From the IMG/VR virus record IMGVR_UViG_3300001765_000034, positions 20,150 through 84,149 of that record: a DNA stretch of 64,000 bases. One strand, written 5' to 3'. The notes below the pieces were generated by a model. The model was not told where the DNA came from and made no database searches. It saw only the letters and a program-made list of their open reading frames with translations. Source of the DNA: a virus (taxonomy: Duplodnaviria; Caudoviricetes). Shown in pieces: positions 61,750-64,000 of this stretch; the first letter of the stretch is position 1, and each line of letters begins with the position of its first letter. The position numbers and the translations under genes were made by a program.

Positions 61750-61853
61750 ATTGATAAATATTACTTTACTTATAAATATTTAGGATATGGAAAAAAATGG
61801 TATTGCAACCATATCTGCTTGATTTTTAAGAAAAGAATACATATATTTTTAAT

Positions 61854-62153
61854 ATGAAAGTTTTTAATACTGATACTAAAAAGTCTCAAGACCTGTTTGA
61901 AACTTTAATTCCGGTTTTTACTGTTTGTTGTAAAAATGATAATGTCGTTAATGGTGATAAGGGATGCGCAGTTTACATCAATGTTTCCGCTTATAACGAA
62001 GAACAGGCAAAAGAAATGGCAATGAACAATAAAGAGTTTATGTCTCACATTCATAAAAATGATTTTGATAAAAGATTTCTCAGAACGTTTAAACCAACAG
62101 GAAATTATGTTATCGGGAAAGTAGAATACCACGAGGGGGATCCAAGATTATGA
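61854..62153 (+). CDS. Hypothetical protein
   Basis: 99-aa ORF at the head of a glycosyltransferase operon. Confidence 0.6.
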   Translation: MKVFNTDTKKSQDLFETLIPVFTVCCKNDNVVNGDKGCAVYINVSAYNEEQAKEMAMNNKEFMSHIHKNDFDKRFLRTFKPTGNYVIGKVEYHEGDPRL

Positions 62154-62944
62154 TATCGATAGTTACAAGTTATTACAATAGGAAAAAATTATTTGAAGAA
62201 ACCCTAAAAACAATAAAGAAATCGGAAATTAAGGATATTGAAGTAGTAGCGGTTGATGATGGGAGTGATCCCGGACAAAGGCTGGAGGATTTAAAGCATC
62301 AATTCCCGTTTTTAAAAATTGTCCGACTTGAGAAAGAGAACAAATGGTATATCAACCCATGTGTACCTTTCAATATAGGAATTAAAGAATCAAAGGGGGA
62401 TAAAATTATATTACAAAATCCTGAATGTTTACATGTACACGATGTTTTGAAATGTGTTGAGGAAGAACTCGATGATTCAAAATACATATCGTTTTCATGT
62501 TACGCGGTTTCACCTGAACTAAATAAAAAAGTTCCATTACAAAGTCAGTACGGAACACTAGCTGACGATATAAAGATCTTTCCCCAGAAAGCCTATATTG
62601 GAGGAGATAATCCTGGGTGGTATAACCATTCAGTATATCGACCAACATATTATCATTTCTGTGCCGCATTAACAAGAAATAATATGGCGAAGTTAAATGG
62701 TTTCGACGAAAGATTAGCAATGGGAATTGGATATGATGATGATGAGATTGTTGCTAGAATAAGAATGTTGGGACTCAATTTGGTTATTAATGATAATATT
62801 TCAGTAATTCATCAATATCATTCAACATTATGGACTCATCCAAATGTATCACATTTATGCGAAATTAATCGTCGTTTATCCCATCAAATACAATTAGAAA
62901 ATAAACCTTACGCAAACATAACACCATTATGGAGTGGAATTTAA
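62150..62944 (+). CDS. Glycosyltransferase family 2
   Basis: ISIVTSYYNR, VAVDDGSD, NGFDE..GIGYDDDE. Confidence 0.85.
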   Translation: MISIVTSYYNRKKLFEETLKTIKKSEIKDIEVVAVDDGSDPGQRLEDLKHQFPFLKIVRLEKENKWYINPCVPFNIGIKESKGDKIILQNPECLHVHDVLKCVEEELDDSKYISFSCYAVSPELNKKVPLQSQYGTLADDIKIFPQKAYIGGDNPGWYNHSVYRPTYYHFCAALTRNNMAKLNGFDERLAMGIGYDDDEIVARIRMLGLNLVINDNISVIHQYHSTLWTHPNVSHLCEINRRLSHQIQLENKPYANITPLWSGI

Positions 62945-63762
62945 CACAAATACCAAAAATTTTACATGAATATTGGGGTGGAAGTAAATTATCATATCTT
63001 CGATATCTTACTGTAAAAACATTTATTGATAAAAACCCAGATTGGGAAATTAGATTTTATTATCCTACACATCCAACAATAGGTAAAACGTGGCTGACCC
63101 ATGAAAACAAATTAGCACAGCCAGAAACGGACTTCACCCAAAAATTAATGGAGTTACCAATTACAAAAACACCTATTGATTTTACAACTTTAGGTTATAG
63201 TAATGAAATGTCTGAAGTTCACAAGTCAGATATAATTAGACTACATTTATTAAGTACTGTTGGCGGATTATGGTCAGATATGGATATTTTTTATTTTAAA
63301 CCAATGTCATGGTTTTATTTAAACGATATAAGTAATAATCATATTGAAACATTTTATTGTAACCGAGACTATGGGCATTCTATTGGATTTTTAATGGCAA
63401 CTCCCGGAAATCGGTTTTTTGAAAAATTATACGAATCTTCAAAACATTCTTACAGTCCTTATCATTATCAAACATTTGGGGCTGATTTATATAATGCACA
63501 TTTTAGAAATGAGGGTAGTGTAGAGCAGATAACGCCATTTGCTATTAATATATCAATGGATGTGGTTTATTCTCATAGAGCTGGTGAGACCGAGGATCTT
63601 TTGAATCCCAATAAATCTCCCAATTTTACTCACAAATCACTTGGTATTCACTGGTTCGGTGGTGATCTTGCATGGAAAAATTTCTTAATAGACACGGATG
63701 GAGGACAGTATAATGTTCCCGATTGTATAATTGGTAATTTATTAAAAAAATATGAAATATGA
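62929..63762 (+). CDS. DxD glycosyltransferase (Gly_transf_sug/GT32-like)
   Basis: IPKILHEYW, KSDIIRLHLL..GGLWSDMD. Confidence 0.8.
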   Translation: MEWNLTQIPKILHEYWGGSKLSYLRYLTVKTFIDKNPDWEIRFYYPTHPTIGKTWLTHENKLAQPETDFTQKLMELPITKTPIDFTTLGYSNEMSEVHKSDIIRLHLLSTVGGLWSDMDIFYFKPMSWFYLNDISNNHIETFYCNRDYGHSIGFLMATPGNRFFEKLYESSKHSYSPYHYQTFGADLYNAHFRNEGSVEQITPFAINISMDVVYSHRAGETEDLLNPNKSPNFTHKSLGIHWFGGDLAWKNFLIDTDGGQYNVPDCIIGNLLKKYEI

Positions 63763-64000
63763 TAATAAAAGAAATTAGCTTTAATAATAATGTATATTCA
63801 TATGCATATAATGAAACCGATCCATCTGGATTAGGATGTGTATCGGAAATAATAAAAAATAATGAATATGGATTAGAGAGGTTTAATAACGTCACAGATA
63901 AAATATTTATAGATATTGGGGCAAACCATGGGGTTGCGACAATAATACTAGCTAAACAAAACCCATTTTCTAAAATATTTTCATTTGAACCAAATCCCGT
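63759..64000 (+). CDS. FkbM family methyltransferase (5' part, runs off the window)
   Basis: FIDIGANHG...FSFEPNP; ATGA overlap with the previous stop. Confidence 0.8.
   Translation, partial: MIIKEISFNNNVYSYAYNETDPSGLGCVSEIIKNNEYGLERFNNVTDKIFIDIGANHGVATIILAKQNPFSKIFSFEPNP

Larger units (their letters stand above)
1..64000. other. Segment of a large T4-like phage genome, probable Bacteroidota host
   Basis: Contiguous capsid-scaffold-protease-portal-terminase module, tRNA arrays, tmRNA, dense hypothetical ORFs, many TAnnTTTG promoter boxes, no Shine-Dalgarno motifs. Confidence 0.9.

Noticed and set aside
1-64000. Stop-codon reassignment (alternative genetic code) as in some large Bacteroidota phages
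   Set aside because: Capsid, portal, terminase and ClpC are full length under the standard code; TAG and TGA both terminate genes; no CUA/UCA suppressor tRNA seen
1-64000. CRISPR array
   Set aside because: No run of identical repeats with unique spacers seen; the only periodic repeats are coding (scaffold) or tRNA duplicates

Overview
This AT-rich 64 kb window is a segment of a large T4-like (myovirus-type) phage genome. The host is most likely a Bacteroidota bacterium: TAnnTTTG -7 promoter boxes recur, starts have A-rich upstream regions without Shine-Dalgarno sequences, and there are Bacteroidota-style signal peptides and lipoproteins. The window holds the head module (gp23 capsid, scaffold, gp21 protease, gp20 portal, gp17 terminase), probable baseplate and virion genes, and a gp55-like sigma candidate. 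It also encodes Hsp20, an N-domain-less ClpC-type ATPase, an RsbU-like phosphatase, a CCA-adding enzyme, tmRNA, cell-wall enzymes, dCMP deaminase, GMP reductase/IMPDH and a large glycosyltransferase cluster. About 23 tRNA and tRNA-like genes lie in two arrays. The standout observation is that each tRNA array sits behind a host-type promoter and a short leader ORF overlapping a mutually exclusive antiterminator/terminator pair. The codons of each leader match almost exactly the tRNA isoacceptors encoded downstream: Leu/Asp/Val/Ala/Glu/Trp for array 1 and Leu/His/Gln/Arg/Pro for array 2. This looks like ribosome-mediated attenuation that turns on phage tRNA operons when those same tRNAs run short. 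All protein calls come from motifs recognised by eye and all RNA structures were paired by hand; no database search or folding software was run.
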